A stretch of 64,000 nt of DNA from an uncultured Verrucomicrobiae bacterium (GTDB lineage Bacteria > Verrucomicrobiota > Verrucomicrobiia > Chthoniobacterales > JAFAMB01). A program made the position numbers and the translations under genes. Numbering within the stretch: position 1 is the stretch's first letter; every line of letters begins with the position of its first letter. Of the stretch, positions 42,149-52,807 are shown piece by piece. Below the pieces are notes generated by a model that did no database searches, was not told the DNA's origin, and was given only the letters and a program-made list of their open reading frames with translations. Location of the stretch: positions 599,549 to 663,548 of the forward strand of contig CAVXLD010000007.1 of assembly GCA_963762565.1 (NCBI GenBank), written 5' to 3'.

Positions 42149-42844
42149 CTAGTGCCGGGGATCTCGGTTGAACCGATAGGTTAGGACAGCGAACGCTACA
42201 GCTACGACGCCCGCAGTTGCGCTGATCCAACTCGGTTGGAAACCGTCGGTTCGCGCTGCAGCTTTGGCGATGTCTCCGGCATTGAGAAACCAAATCACCG
42301 CGTAAATGGCCGGGATGATGACGGTGCTGACGCCTAACAAGAAAATGGCTAGACCACGCATGATTCCACCGAGAACCGTGGAAACGTGGTAAGCTAGTAA
42401 ACGTTGCATGGCCGCTAGCCCGAGCAAAACCAGAGCCACATCAAAGATCGCTTGCCGAACCCGTTCAACCCAAAACTCGATCGTCTAGTAGTTAGCGACG
42501 GAGATGGGTAGTAGAAAAGTCAACCATATTATAAAAAAAGTCACGGAAAGCTTTCTTCTGCCAACCGGCTCTAAGGTAAACAAGGCGAAGGAAGCGGCAG
42601 CTGCGAGGAGAACTCCAACCCACAAGAATTGGACGTACACATCGCCCATTTTGCCTCGATAGACAAAATCGCTTGTTTCCTGTGCGGGAAGGAACCAGCC
42701 GTGAATGACATTCATCAGGTTAGCCGCGCAGAAAATCGCTTCGCACCAGCAAAGGTAGGCAAATACGACGCCGCCCACAAAAGCGACAACGATCCGTATG
42801 ATCCGGCCAATGATTCGATTACTCACCGCCGCCGAGCAAAGCAA
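42149..42844 (-). pseudogene. Membrane protein split by one in-frame TAG at 42485-42487
   Basis: ORFs 42485-42844 and 42149-42439 share a frame and the intervening codons are open. Confidence 0.5.
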
Positions 42845-42851
42845 AGACTAG

Positions 42852-43176
42852 CCACGAATGCACGCGAATGCAAAAAGAGAAAATCAAACCGCAGCCCCGA
42901 AAGCCTCCGGGGTTAAATTAACGCAGATGTACGCAGATTTGGTTTCAAAGGTCGATTACACTAAAGAGATAGAGACCTGTTCATAGCTCACCGTTTTCAA
43001 TCGGTCTGCGGCGTGGGCGAAGCTCAGAGCGAAATCTGCGTAATCTGTGTAATCTGCGGATATTAATATCTGTGTTCATCTGCGGTTCGTCTTTTCCGTT
43101 TGTGACTCAAGTCCGTTCGCGGTTGCTCGATTTGCCTTAACTCCGTGTCCTCTGTGTCTCTGTGGTGAAATTTTGT
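42852..43176. repeat. Composite hairpin element, copy 1
   Basis: Shares arms and an approximately 100-bp core with 45685-46082. Confidence 0.85.
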
Positions 43177-43183
43177 TTTGCGT

Positions 43184-43993
43184 CTATTGGTTTTCGTTCG
43201 CGGTGGAGATCATCCGGCGTTGGTAGACGAGTTCGAAGGGTTGGGAGCTAACGCTGATCTCGCCTCGGAACGGATTGTCTAATGCGCCTAACATAAAAAT
43301 TAACAAACCGAGCAAGGCGGAAAGCATGACCGTCATCCAGAAATGCATGCCTTGGCTTTTCATATCGAAAAACCAGGTCAAAGCGATACTGAGAAAAGCA
43401 CCGGCAAACACGACCACCCATAACGGCGCAGCTAACCCGGCACTGACACTTTGCAATCGGCGGCCGCGAAGGTCGGCTAGCCGGTTGAAACTGGCGTAAG
43501 CTTGGCCATACAAAGCTTTCTGGCCGTCGGTTTGGGGTTCGTAAGCGATCAGGTGGCTCTCAAATGCGCTCAGCATCTTACCTTCATTGTCTGGCACTAT
43601 TCCTTTGTGCTGCAGCGGCCAAGCGACATCGACTACTTCACGGGCATACCTGCGGAGGTCCCCCTGGAGCATTGTGCGAGCAGGTTCAGGAAAGCCGCTG
43701 CAATCCCGGAAGAGAACGCCGACAGCGGCGGCCTCTTCGCCAACCCGGGTATCGACATCGTTATAGTTTTGCCAGGTGGCGACAGCCAGTAAGCCCAATG
43801 TAATTCCGTAGAACACACAGACCGCGCCCAGATAATATCCAACCACCTCGTTATGCGAATGTTCACTCCCATGAATGCTCCTGACCCATTTCCTGGTAGC
43901 GAAAAGGCCGATCAGTCCAACAACGATGGTGACGGCGATGGTCAGAATTGCGAACAGCCAGGTGGGAAGGTCGTAAACCCAGTACAAGTTCAT
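43184..43993 (-). CDS. DUF4239-like membrane protein
   Basis: FYGITLGLLAVATW, YAREVVDVAWP and LDNPFRGEISVS motifs. Confidence 0.8.
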   Translation of the reverse strand: MNLYWVYDLPTWLFAILTIAVTIVVGLIGLFATRKWVRSIHGSEHSHNEVVGYYLGAVCVFYGITLGLLAVATWQNYNDVDTRVGEEAAAVGVLFRDCSGFPEPARTMLQGDLRRYAREVVDVAWPLQHKGIVPDNEGKMLSAFESHLIAYEPQTDGQKALYGQAYASFNRLADLRGRRLQSVSAGLAAPLWVVVFAGAFLSIALTWFFDMKSQGMHFWMTVMLSALLGLLIFMLGALDNPFRGEISVSSQPFELVYQRRMISTANENQ

Positions 43994-44062
43994 CGATTTG
44001 TCAGAAAGAAGGGATCGGTTTTCAGATAGTGCCCTGTCCCCTAAATAACAAGGGTTTCGTTG

Positions 44063-44321
44063 CTCCTAGTCTAGGAGTTAGGAGGCGCGTGTTGGCAGGA
44101 ATTGTACTCCTTCTCGTCGTCGTCCTCGTCCTCGATAAGGCGTCCTAGCAGTGCCGATGTCACAAACCCAGGCGTGTTCGCGGAGATTGCATTCGTCGGT
44201 GATTCGAAAATGCTCGGCGGAACATACGTTTTCGAGGACGAGGACGACGACCAGAACGAGGACGATTGCGGACCCCTGGCACGCCCCCTCCTAGCTCCTA
44301 GATTCTAGCTCCTAGCTCCTG
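44063..44321. repeat. AGGAGCT-heptamer element with inner TCGTCC arms
   Basis: Right arm CTCCTAGCTCCTAGATTCTAGCTCCTAGCTCCTG; inner TCGTCGTCCTCGTCCTCGA / TCGAGGACGAGGACGACGA. Confidence 0.8.
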
Positions 44322-45643
44322 CTTAGAACCGCCCAACCGTGAGCTGGAAGGCGTATCCAGCTTTCTTCAGTACCCACTTGGCCGAGGTCTCCGCAGCCTG
44401 CGATCACTTGGCACATATTCGGCGCCGGTTGGACGGCGGGTGCATCATCCAGATTCAGAACAACCAGCAACTGATGCTCGCCATTACGAGCTTCGTACGT
44501 GAGCTGTCGATTGTTCAAATGGACGATCCTGGTGCGGGCCTGGTGGAGCCAGGCGTTCTGTCGCCGAAGCCCGATCAGCCTTTGGTGCAGTCGATAGGTC
44601 GTCCAGCCGAAGGGAGCAAGTGCCTCCGGTTTCACTGGAAAGGTCGGACGTATTGCGTCATCGCCTCCTGTCCGGTTTTCCTTTATGCCTCGGAACGCTT
44701 GCTCATCCCCGGAATAGATCGAGGGCGTACCACCACAGGTGAACAAAATTGCCAGAGCATGGGGTAGGTGGCGCTCCTCAAGCAGCCGGCTCGCCAGTCG
44801 GGTTACATCATGATTGCCGACGAAGGTTAGGGGAACAAAGTCGTCCAGTAGGCGATTGTGACGGTCTAGAGCCCAGGCGAGTTCAAAAAAATTCCGGTCG
44901 TTCAGCGAGCTCCAGATCGCCTTCCAGAGTTCATATTGCGTGACGGCATCCACGCCGCTTTCTCTGACAAATGCAGAATAGTCCCCATGGATGACCTCTC
45001 CGAAGAAGTATGCATCCGGATGTCCGGATCGGACCCGGGGCAAGACATCGGCCCAGAATCCCGGCGGAACAGCATAGGCGGCGTCAAGCCGCCACCCATC
45101 CACACCCCGGTCCAACCAAAAGCGCATCACTTGAGTCACGTAATCTTTGACCGCACACGCGTCGTGATTTAGCGCGACCAGCTCGCGGTGTCCTTCGAAA
45201 GTCGCGTAGTTTGGCTCGGCCTCAGCCGCGCATCCCGCTGGCCATGACATGCGGAACCAGGAAGCGTGCGGCGCCTGCGGTCCCTTAGCGAGCACCTCTT
45301 GAAACGCCGGGAAGTCCCGACCGACATGGTTGAATACCCCGTCGAGAATCAAGCGTAACCCACGGCGCCGGACGGTGGCGATCAGTGCATCGAAATCGGA
45401 ATCGTCACCGAGTCTCGGATCGATACGAAAATGATCGATCGTGTCGTATCCGTGTGTCGACGAGCTGAAGATTGGTCCAAGTGCGAAGCCCGATGCTCCA
45501 AGCTGGACGGCATAGTCTACCCAACTCGCCAAGTGATCAAGGCGATGAGTGATCACGGTGTCCCGTCCTGCCTTCGCCTCGGCTCCAGTGAAGCCGAGAG
45601 GATATACCTGCCACCATATAGCGTGTTTGATCCAGTTAGGCAT
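44312..45643 (-). CDS. GH13 alpha-amylase/cyclomaltodextrinase-like
   Basis: LDGVFNH, DGWRLDAA, GEV and FVGNHD motifs. Confidence 0.92.
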   Translation of the reverse strand: MPNWIKHAIWWQVYPLGFTGAEAKAGRDTVITHRLDHLASWVDYAVQLGASGFALGPIFSSSTHGYDTIDHFRIDPRLGDDSDFDALIATVRRRGLRLILDGVFNHVGRDFPAFQEVLAKGPQAPHASWFRMSWPAGCAAEAEPNYATFEGHRELVALNHDACAVKDYVTQVMRFWLDRGVDGWRLDAAYAVPPGFWADVLPRVRSGHPDAYFFGEVIHGDYSAFVRESGVDAVTQYELWKAIWSSLNDRNFFELAWALDRHNRLLDDFVPLTFVGNHDVTRLASRLLEERHLPHALAILFTCGGTPSIYSGDEQAFRGIKENRTGGDDAIRPTFPVKPEALAPFGWTTYRLHQRLIGLRRQNAWLHQARTRIVHLNNRQLTYEARNGEHQLLVVLNLDDAPAVQPAPNMCQVIAGCGDLGQVGTEESWIRLPAHGWAVLSRS

Positions 45644-45684
45644 TTGTCTCCTTCCGATTTTTCAGTTCAAGAAAAACGAAACAG

Positions 45685-46082
45685 AATTTCACCACAGAGA
45701 CACAGAGGGGAACCAAAATTTCAAACCACGAATTGACGCGAAGCCAAAAAGAGAAAACCAACCGCAGCCCCGAAAGCCTCCGGGGTTAAATTAACGCAGA
45801 TGTACGCAGATTTCGTTTCAAAGGTCGATTACACTAAAGAGATAGAGACCTGTTCGTAGCTCAACGGTTTCAATCGGTCTGCGGCGTGGGCGAAGCTCAG
45901 AGCGAAATCTGCGTAATCTGCGGATATTAAGGTCTGCGTATATCCGTGTTCATTTAACCCCGGAGGCTTTCCGGGCTGCGGTTCGCCTTTTTCGCCTGTG
46001 ATTCGCATCTATTCGTGTCCATTCGCGGTTGTTCGATTTGCCTTAACTCCGTGTCCTCTGTGTCTCTGTGGTGAAATTTTGT
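45685..46082. repeat. Composite hairpin element, copy 2
   Basis: Terminal AATTTCACCACAGAGACACAGAG IR; nested CACGAAT, AACCGCAG and CCCCGGAGGCTTT arms. Confidence 0.85.
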
Positions 46083-46084
46083 CT

Positions 46085-46219
46085 TCATTCGCTCGTTGTA
46101 AAATCATGGAGGGCGAGCTTAAGCATTACTTCGGAGGCCCGGAAAAGCACATGCCGCTCCGCCTTGTTGAGAGCAGTAACCACAGCGGTTTCTAACCAGG
46201 CGCGGCGCGCCTCCATGTC
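46085..46219 (-). pseudogene. C-terminal fragment of a probable MarR-like regulator, cut at the chimeric junction
   Basis: DMEARRAWLETAVVTALNKAERHVLFRASEVMLKLALHDFTTSE*; frame closes at the adapter-like sequence. Confidence 0.45.
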
Positions 46220-46221
46220 TC

Positions 46222-46247
46222 AGCAACACCAACTGAACCAAGTACAT
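46222..46247 (-). other. Oxford Nanopore ligation adapter remnant (artefact)
   Basis: AGCAACACC-AACTGAACCAAGTACAT vs adapter reverse complement AGCAATACGTAACTGAACGAAGTACAT: 23 of 27 aligned positions match by eye. Confidence 0.85.
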
Positions 46248-46250
46248 GAA

Positions 46251-46892
46251 GACGGCTGGGCCTACGACATCGGCTTTGGAGGCCTCGACCATGTCCTTTC
46301 CTCGGGCCGCAATATCAACGTCCTGGTGCTCGACACAGAGGTCTATTCCAACACCGGCGGCCAGGCGTCCAAGGCGACCCAGCGCGGGGCTATGGCCAAG
46401 TTCGCTGCGGCGGGGAAGGAAACCGCCAAGAAGGACCTCGGCGCCGTGGCCCGGGCTTACGGCAACGTGTACGTCGCTCAGATTTCCATGGGTGCCAACG
46501 ACTTGCAGGCGACCAAGGCGCTCCTCGAGGCCGAAGCCTACCCCGGGCCTTCGCTGGTGATCGCCTATTCGACTTGCATCGCCCACGGCATCGACATGTC
46601 CCAATCGATGAGCCACCAAAAAGACGCCGTCCGTTCGGGGTACTGGCCCTTGTACCGGTTCCACCCGTCAAACGCAGAGACGGGGCACCCGTTCACGCTC
46701 GATTCCAAGGCCCCTTCGGTCCCCTTGGCCGACTTCACCGCCAGCGAGGCTCGCTACGCCACGCTGGCCCGAACTCACCCGCACGAGGCCGCTCGGTTGA
46801 GCGCCCTGGCGCAAGCTGACGTCACCGAGCGTTGGCGTTACTACGAACAGCTGGCGGGTATGCAGCGCACAGTTCCTGAGGTCGACGACTAG
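46251..46892 (+). CDS. nifJ: Pyruvate:ferredoxin (flavodoxin) oxidoreductase, C-terminal TPP domain only
   Basis: DGWAYDIGFGGLDHVL, LDTEVYSNTGGQASKAT and YSTCIAHG motifs; begins abruptly inside the GDG motif. Confidence 0.9.
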   Translation, partial: DGWAYDIGFGGLDHVLSSGRNINVLVLDTEVYSNTGGQASKATQRGAMAKFAAAGKETAKKDLGAVARAYGNVYVAQISMGANDLQATKALLEAEAYPGPSLVIAYSTCIAHGIDMSQSMSHQKDAVRSGYWPLYRFHPSNAETGHPFTLDSKAPSVPLADFTASEARYATLARTHPHEAARLSALAQADVTERWRYYEQLAGMQRTVPEVDD

Positions 46893-46947
46893 AGCTCGAT
46901 GGGAGCTTCGTTGGTGTGGCCGGGCAGGATTATGAGGAGGTCAAGTA

Positions 46948-47965
46948 ATGACTTACCGCACTGGTGTGGACCTCACGACCAGCTATCTAGGGCTGCGGCT
47001 GTCATCGCCGGTGGTCGCCTCCGCCGGGCCGTGGGGGACGCGACCTCACAGAATTTGGGCCTTGGCCGAGGCCGGCGTCGGCGCCATCGTGCTGCCGTCG
47101 CTTTTCGAGGAGGAGATCGTGGCCGAAGAGGTCGGGCTGTCATCCGCCCTCGAAGCGGGGAGTGAACATTTCGCTGAGGCGCTTGGCTATTTTCCCGCCA
47201 CGGCGCAGTTCACCGGCGCCGGAGCGGTACCTGGAGCTGCTCCAGCAAGCCAAAGAAGTAGGTGTGCCCATAATCGCAAGTCTCAACGCCACCTCCATCG
47301 GCGGTTGGGCACGCTACGCCAATCTGCTGGCCGAGGCGGGCGCAGACGCCATCGAGTTGAACGTTTACCGGGTACCAACTGACCCCGAAATGACCGCCGG
47401 GCAAGTGGAGCAGATCGACCTGGCCCTCGTGAGCAACGTGTGCGCCAGCGTGCCCGTGCCGGTAGCCGTGAAGCTGTCGCCGTACTACTCGTCCCTGGCC
47501 CACTTTGCCGCCAGGGTGGTGAGCGCGGGGCTGCCGGGCTGGTGCTCTTCAACCGCTTCTACCAGCCCGACCTGGACCTAGAAACGATGGATGTCGTACC
47601 CAAGGTCGAGCTGTCCCGGGCTTGGGAGCTGCGCCTCCCTTTGCGCTGGATAGCCATATTGCGGCCCCAGCTCGGCCCTAGCCTGTCGCTTGCGGCGACA
47701 TCGGGGGCCCACAGGGGCACTGATGTCGTGAAAGCCATCGCCGTAGGTGCCGATGTGGCCATGATGACTTCGGCCATCTTGCGCCACGGGCCTGACCACA
47801 TCGGGACCGTTAAAGACTGAACTGTCCTATTGGCTTGCCGAACACGGCTACGGCTCGGTGTCAGAGCTGCGAGGCTCGGTGTCCCAAACGGCATCGGCAG
47901 ACGCCGGCGCTTTCGAACGGGCTAACTATGTGAAGACCTTGCATTCGTGGACGAAGGTCGGCTAG
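46948..47965 (+). CDS. Dihydroorotate dehydrogenase-like protein (several frameshifts)
   Basis: DLTTSYLGL, VLPSLFEEEI, GADAIELN, AVKLSPY, LVLFNRFYQPD and AFERANY fragments; typical neighbour of PFOR. Confidence 0.85.
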
Positions 47966-48135
47966 CTCGTCACTAACAAAAAAAGCAAAAGCAGTCACCG
48001 TTCTGTCTGGCCATGCAAAAAAGATGCGCCACACTCCGTCGGCTTCTCAGCCGACGCTGTGGCGCGTTGCTCTCGGAGTCGCTAATTGGCGGACGCGTGT
48101 CGTTGCCTAGGGACTGGCGCCTTTGTAGCGTCCTG

Positions 48136-48330
48136 CTAGCGATCGACGTAAATGCACTCTCCGGCACACTGGGCCTGGGCTTCCAGCACGGCGTCCACCA
48201 GCTCGGTTGGCACTGCGCCATCCAACTTTACATGAGCCAGCCCATCGTCCTGCATCTCGAAGACATCGGGGCAAAGATCCTGGCAGAGGCCATCACCGGT
48301 GCAATACTCCTGTTCAATCCTTACATTCAT
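48136..48330 (-). CDS. Ferredoxin (single cluster, actinobacterial type)
   Basis: CTGDGLCQDLCPDVF...QCAGECI. Confidence 0.9.
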   Translation of the reverse strand: MNVRIEQEYCTGDGLCQDLCPDVFEMQDDGLAHVKLDGAVPTELVDAVLEAQAQCAGECIYVDR

Positions 48331-48602
48331 GACGAACTCCTTTCAGTCGCTAATACCATGTCTACTGTCGCCGCCCAAGTCGGAGTTAGGGCAATTCGTC
48401 CTTCAGGTAAAGCCAAAGGGCTCGTTGTCAGCAAGTGCAGGCCGACCAGCTGAGCGTCGACCTCTACCCGCGGACTGCAACGTCGCGTCTTCCCACTTAT
48501 ATGGCTGGCACGGGGTCAGCAAATCCGAGGCAGCGGGTCGCCCACGAGCATGTCGACAATCCGGGCCCCGCCTACCGTTGGGCCAAATCTGGACCTAGCT
48601 TG

Positions 48603-49260
48603 TCAGCTGTTGTCGCCTTCGTTGTCGTGCTTAGCAGGGTTGGCTCGGGCGACGTACACAGCCGCCTCGGTCCGCCTGGAAAAGCCCATCTTCGCCAACA
48701 GGTTGGAGACATAGTTCTTGACCGTCTTTTCGGCTAGGAACATCTCCGCACCGATCTGGCGGTTCGTCTTGCCCTCGGCTATCAAGTCCAGGATTCGCCG
48801 CTCCTGGGGGAGAGCTTGGCGATCCGCTCGTCTTCGGGCTTGCCGCGTAGCCGTTCCATGACACCAGCGGTAAGGGCTGGGTCTATGAGGGACTGGCCGG
48901 CTGCGACCCGGCGCACCGCCGAGACGAGCTCGGGGCCACGATCTGCTTGAGCAGATAGCCGCTGGCGCCGGCAAGGATCGCCGAGAACAGGGCATCGTCA
49001 TCGGCGAACGAGGTCAGCATCAGGCAGCGCAGCTCCGGCATGGTGGCTCGCAGCTCCCGGCAGACCTCGATACCGCTCGAGCCGGGAAGGCGCACGTCGA
49101 GCACCGCCACGTCAGGACGAGTGGGCGGCACCCTCAGCATGGCCTCGTCGGCATTGGAAGCTTCGCCGACTACCTCGAGGTCCTCTTGGGCCTCGAACAG
49201 CTCGCGCAGGCCCCGGCGCACGATCTCGTGGTCATCCAGCAAGAAAACCCGGATAGTCAC
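48603..49260 (-). CDS. DosR/DevR-like NarL response regulator (frameshifted)
   Basis: [38 protein letters not shown] and [23 protein letters not shown] motifs. Confidence 0.9.
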
Positions 49261-49276
49261 TATTTGCCTCCGATCT

Positions 49277-50134
49277 TCACGTTAGCCGCCTGTGCTGCCG
49301 TCGCCATGCTCCTGTGCACTCGCAAGTAGATGGCACTCTGCTAAGGCCCGCGACGCGCAGCAGCCCCGGCTCAGGAGCTTGCCTCCGGGACCGGGGCTTG
49401 CCGTGCGCAGGAGGGCCTAGGAGGCCCGCCTTGACCTGAGGGAACTTACGAAGGGACCGTTCCCACGGGGCCCTTCCACCAACCTTGGTGTCGCTCTTGC
49501 CGTTGCCTGCCGAAGAGGCGAACCCGGTGGTGACAAGCCTCGGGATTTCCTCGTCGACCGGGACCTTGCGGAAGTGCCACAGGCCGAGGCCGGACAGGAC
49601 CAGGGTGATGCCGGCAAAGATGAAGGCGATGACCGAGCTGATCAAGGCGATCTGGCCCATCTGCCACCAGCCATAGGCGTTCAGGAGCATGCTGCGTAGG
49701 GTCGTCCCCTTGAACACTGTCGCCACCTCGTTATTGAGGGCTGTGGCCTTGGCGGTGCCCGGGGTCGCTGCCATGGCGGCGGCGCTCACCTGGGAGTAGG
49801 TCTGGCCGCCGGTCATCTCCTGGAGGTGGATGGCGATGAAGTGGTTAGCGTACGCCTGTGCCTGGGCGCCGGTGGTCAGCTCCTGGCCGGCGTACTTCTC
49901 GAGGTAGGGGACCATCGCGGGGGTGATCTCCGAGAACCCTCCTGGTGCCGGGTTCTTCGCTGCGGCGAACTCCGCCTTGGTCGGGAAGCTGATCTTTTGA
50001 GCGGAGAGCTGGGTGCTCACCGAGTTATTTGCGTAGCTATAGCCCCAAAAGAGAAGGCCGCCCGCGACGACCAGCACTACTACCATCAAGAGGCCGCCGA
50101 AACTTACAAGGGCGTCGAATGATTTCCTGCGCAT
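49277..50134 (-). CDS. Hypothetical membrane protein (true 3' end probably near 49470)
   Basis: Two TM regions; [13 protein letters not shown] and [17 protein letters not shown]. Confidence 0.7.
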   Translation of the reverse strand: MRRKSFDALVSFGGLLMVVVLVVAGGLLFWGYSYANNSVSTQLSAQKISFPTKAEFAAAKNPAPGGFSEITPAMVPYLEKYAGQELTTGAQAQAYANHFIAIHLQEMTGGQTYSQVSAAAMAATPGTAKATALNNEVATVFKGTTLRSMLLNAYGWWQMGQIALISSVIAFIFAGITLVLSGLGLWHFRKVPVDEEIPRLVTTGFASSAGNGKSDTKVGGRAPWERSLRKFPQVKAGLLGPPAHGKPRSRRQAPEPGLLRVAGLSRVPSTCECTGAWRRQHRRLT

Positions 50135-50204
50135 TGTGTGTTCCTTTCTCGTATCAGGCCCTTCGGCCTTTGTTCAGTATCTGTCTTTGGCCAGAGAGGT
50201 TCGT

Positions 50205-50219
50205 AGGGCCTAACGTCCC
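50205..50219. promoter_or_regulatory. DosR-box-like palindrome
   Basis: AGGGCCTAACGTCCC about 70 bp upstream of the membrane protein gene; similar sites at 50156-50169 and 48388-48402. Confidence 0.45.
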
Positions 50220-50272
50220 GCCTCGGCCCTCGAAGGTCACGGCGTTGGCGGCCGCCTAAGTAATCTCGTTGG

Positions 50273-51290
50273 ATGCTCTTCTTGAGCGCTTCGCCCAGCC
50301 TCGACGACCATCACACCGGCGCTTACCACCCGGAGCGGCCCGAGCGGGTCACCGCAGCGCTGGATGGGATCGACGAGGCGGGCCTGACAGGCACCGTGGT
50401 CCGCCTGCCTCTCAGGGAGGCCACCAAAGAGGAGCTCGAGCGGGTGCATACGCGCCCGCTACCTGCAGATGATCGAGGACTTTTGCGCCGGGGGCGGCGG
50501 CTCCCTCGACGCCGACACGGTTGCCAGCCACGGTTCATGGGGTACCGCGCTGCGCGCAGCGGGGGGTGCTCTGGCGGCAGTGGACGCGCTCACGGCTTCG
50601 CGCGACGGTGTTGCTTTCGTCGCCCATAGGCCACCGGGCCACCACGCAACAGCGGACCAAGCGATGGGTTTTTGCCTCCTGAACACCGTGGCTATCGCTG
50701 CCGCAGCTCTCCTGGCCCGAGGCGAGCGGGTGCTTGTCCTGGACTGGGACGTCCATCACGGGAACGGGACGGAGGCTATTTTTTGGGACGAACCCGGGCT
50801 GTTTTACGTCTCGACCCATCAGTCGCCCCTGTACCCCGGCACGGGTGACCCCCGGGCAACCGGAGGCGCAAATGCCCCTGCGCTTACTATGAACATCCCT
50901 CTGCCCCCGGGTGCCACGGGCGACGTTTTGCTATATGCCTTCGACGAAATAGTTGCCCCAGCGGTTGAGGACTTCGGCCCAACATGGGTGCTGATCTCGT
51001 CGGGTTTCGACGCCCATGCTTCGGATCCTCTCGCCAATTTGGAGCTGAGCGCGGGGGACTTCGCCGACCTTGCGGCCCGAGCCAAGAGCTTCGCTCCCGC
51101 TCCGGGACGGGTGGTCGTGGTACTGGAAGGCGGTTACGACCTCAGGGCAATAAGCCGCAGCGCAGGCGCCGTCCTGTCTGCCCTACTGGGCGAGAATTAC
51201 CGCCCCGAACCTGCCACCTCCGGGGGGCCGGGCAGGTCGGCTGTCGAACACGCCGGGCTGGTGCACCGAGCTGCTCGGAACGCAAGTTAG
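50273..51290 (+). CDS. Histone deacetylase family protein (frameshift near 50455)
   Basis: HPERPER, RPPGHHA, DWDVHHGNGT, SGFDAH and LEGGY motifs. Confidence 0.92.
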
Positions 51291-51392
51291 CCACGCCGGC
51301 GCCCGGCGCCCGGCGCCCGGCAGGCTCAATCGGGCGGCCGGAGTGGCCGATAATCACCTACCGAGCGGTACGTACTAACCAGATGAGGTGAC

Positions 51393-52446
51393 ATGATCGG
51401 CCAAACGGCTCCACGCCTGGCCCGAAGGCTTGCCTGGGCAGACGCGGATCTCGTAGAAGGTACCGAGGCCCTGTTGTGGCCTGCGGCGGGCCTGGCCGAC
51501 GGCGAGGCTGAGGAGCTGCCGGACCGTTCGGAGGCGTGCCGGGCCGTGCTTTCGTGGGTGAGGCCGAAGGTACTGCGCTTCGAGATCGAACCCCCTCCTC
51601 GGGCGCTGCCCGAACTGCTCCTGGTCAGCACCCTCGCGGTTGGGGGACCAGCGCAATTTGTGGTCCGCAAGACGTACCAGATAAGCACCACGGTTGCGTG
51701 CGACCCGCCGCCCAATATCACGATCGTCGAGCGCCGGGACCTGTTCCGCATACCGGTCGCGGCCCGTGTGACCGTTGAGTCTGCCTCTGGCACCTGGTCC
51801 CTTTACTCGGTGGACTGCTCAGTGGGAGGGATCAGGATCTGCCCCCCCAACCCCATCGAGGTGGGAGCCGAAGTAGAGGTCAAAGTGGAACTCGGCGCCG
51901 GTAACGAGATCGTGCTGCCAGCCGTGGTCCGGCATTGCCGGCCCTACCCCGCCGATGCCCGGGCGAGCGCCGATCACCGCCAACCGTCGCTTCGGTGCCG
52001 ACGATAACAGCTACCCGAGTGTGGCCGGGCTGCAGTTCGTGCGGGTGCCAAGTGACGCGGAACGGCACCTGAGCCAGTTTGTGGGCCGCCACCAGCGGCG
52101 CCTGATGCCGCGTGTCCAGGCTGTGGTACCACTGGAGTACCGTTCGCATGGCGCCAGTCGCTTCCTAGAGGCCTTCGCCAGTGAGGTGTCACCGGGTGAC
52201 CTCGTGCTGATGGCTCGTCAGGTGCATTTGCCAGGCGAGCGCCTGGAGCTGAAAGTGCGCCTGAGCCGACAGGACTTCACGTTCAACGCGGCCGCCGTCT
52301 CTTGCGAGACAACCGTTGAGGACGAGGGCAGGACGGTCCGCCACTTCGTCAAGGTGTCGTTCGAGGATGCCGCCGCAGCCGTCGAGGCCAAGTTCCGCAA
52401 AGCGGTCCGCGAGCTGTCGATCGACCGGTTCTCGAGGCGCGCCTGA
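51393..52446 (+). CDS. PilZ-domain protein (probably two PilZ domains; frameshift near 51965)
   Basis: ERRDLFR..DCSVGG (RxxxR / DxSxxG); second RRLMPR..EVSPG. Confidence 0.7.
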
Positions 52447-52489
52447 GCTCGCGGGCATCAGACGCCCGCCCTCCAATTGGCCTGAGCGG

Positions 52490-52560
52490 TCCTTCGGCCC
52501 CCGAGCGATGCGCTCCTTCGTGCTTCGGGCGCTTCGCTCCTTCGTGCCTCGGGCGATGCG
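52490..52560. repeat. 24-bp tandem repeat, about 3 copies
   Basis: Degenerate units of TCCTTCGTGCCTCGGGCGATGCGC. Confidence 0.6.
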
Positions 52561-52807
52561 GACCAGCTTCTCGGCGTGGTTTGCCCATCTCGGCGGGGCC
52601 CCCTTACCTCGGTGTGCCACCAGCCCGGAAGTCGCTCCGCTGACGCCCGGAAGCCCCGGGTCACGCCGAGAAGCCCGACGTGGCGCGCCAGGCACGGCTG
52701 CTCTCGCGCCCTAGGCGGTTATGGGCGTCCGCCGGCCCGTCCTCGCAACGGGCCGTTCCTCGCGGTCGGGCCGCCGCCAGATGCCCGGCTTCGCCTCAGG
52801 GGGCGCG

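Noticed and set aside
42485..42487. In-frame TAG as pyrrolysine or readthrough
   Set aside because: No pyl genes or supporting context; a point mutation or base-call error is more likely
46068..46892. 274-aa ORF as a novel PFOR fusion or stand-alone beta subunit
   Set aside because: The N-terminal 61 codons cross the adapter-containing chimeric junction
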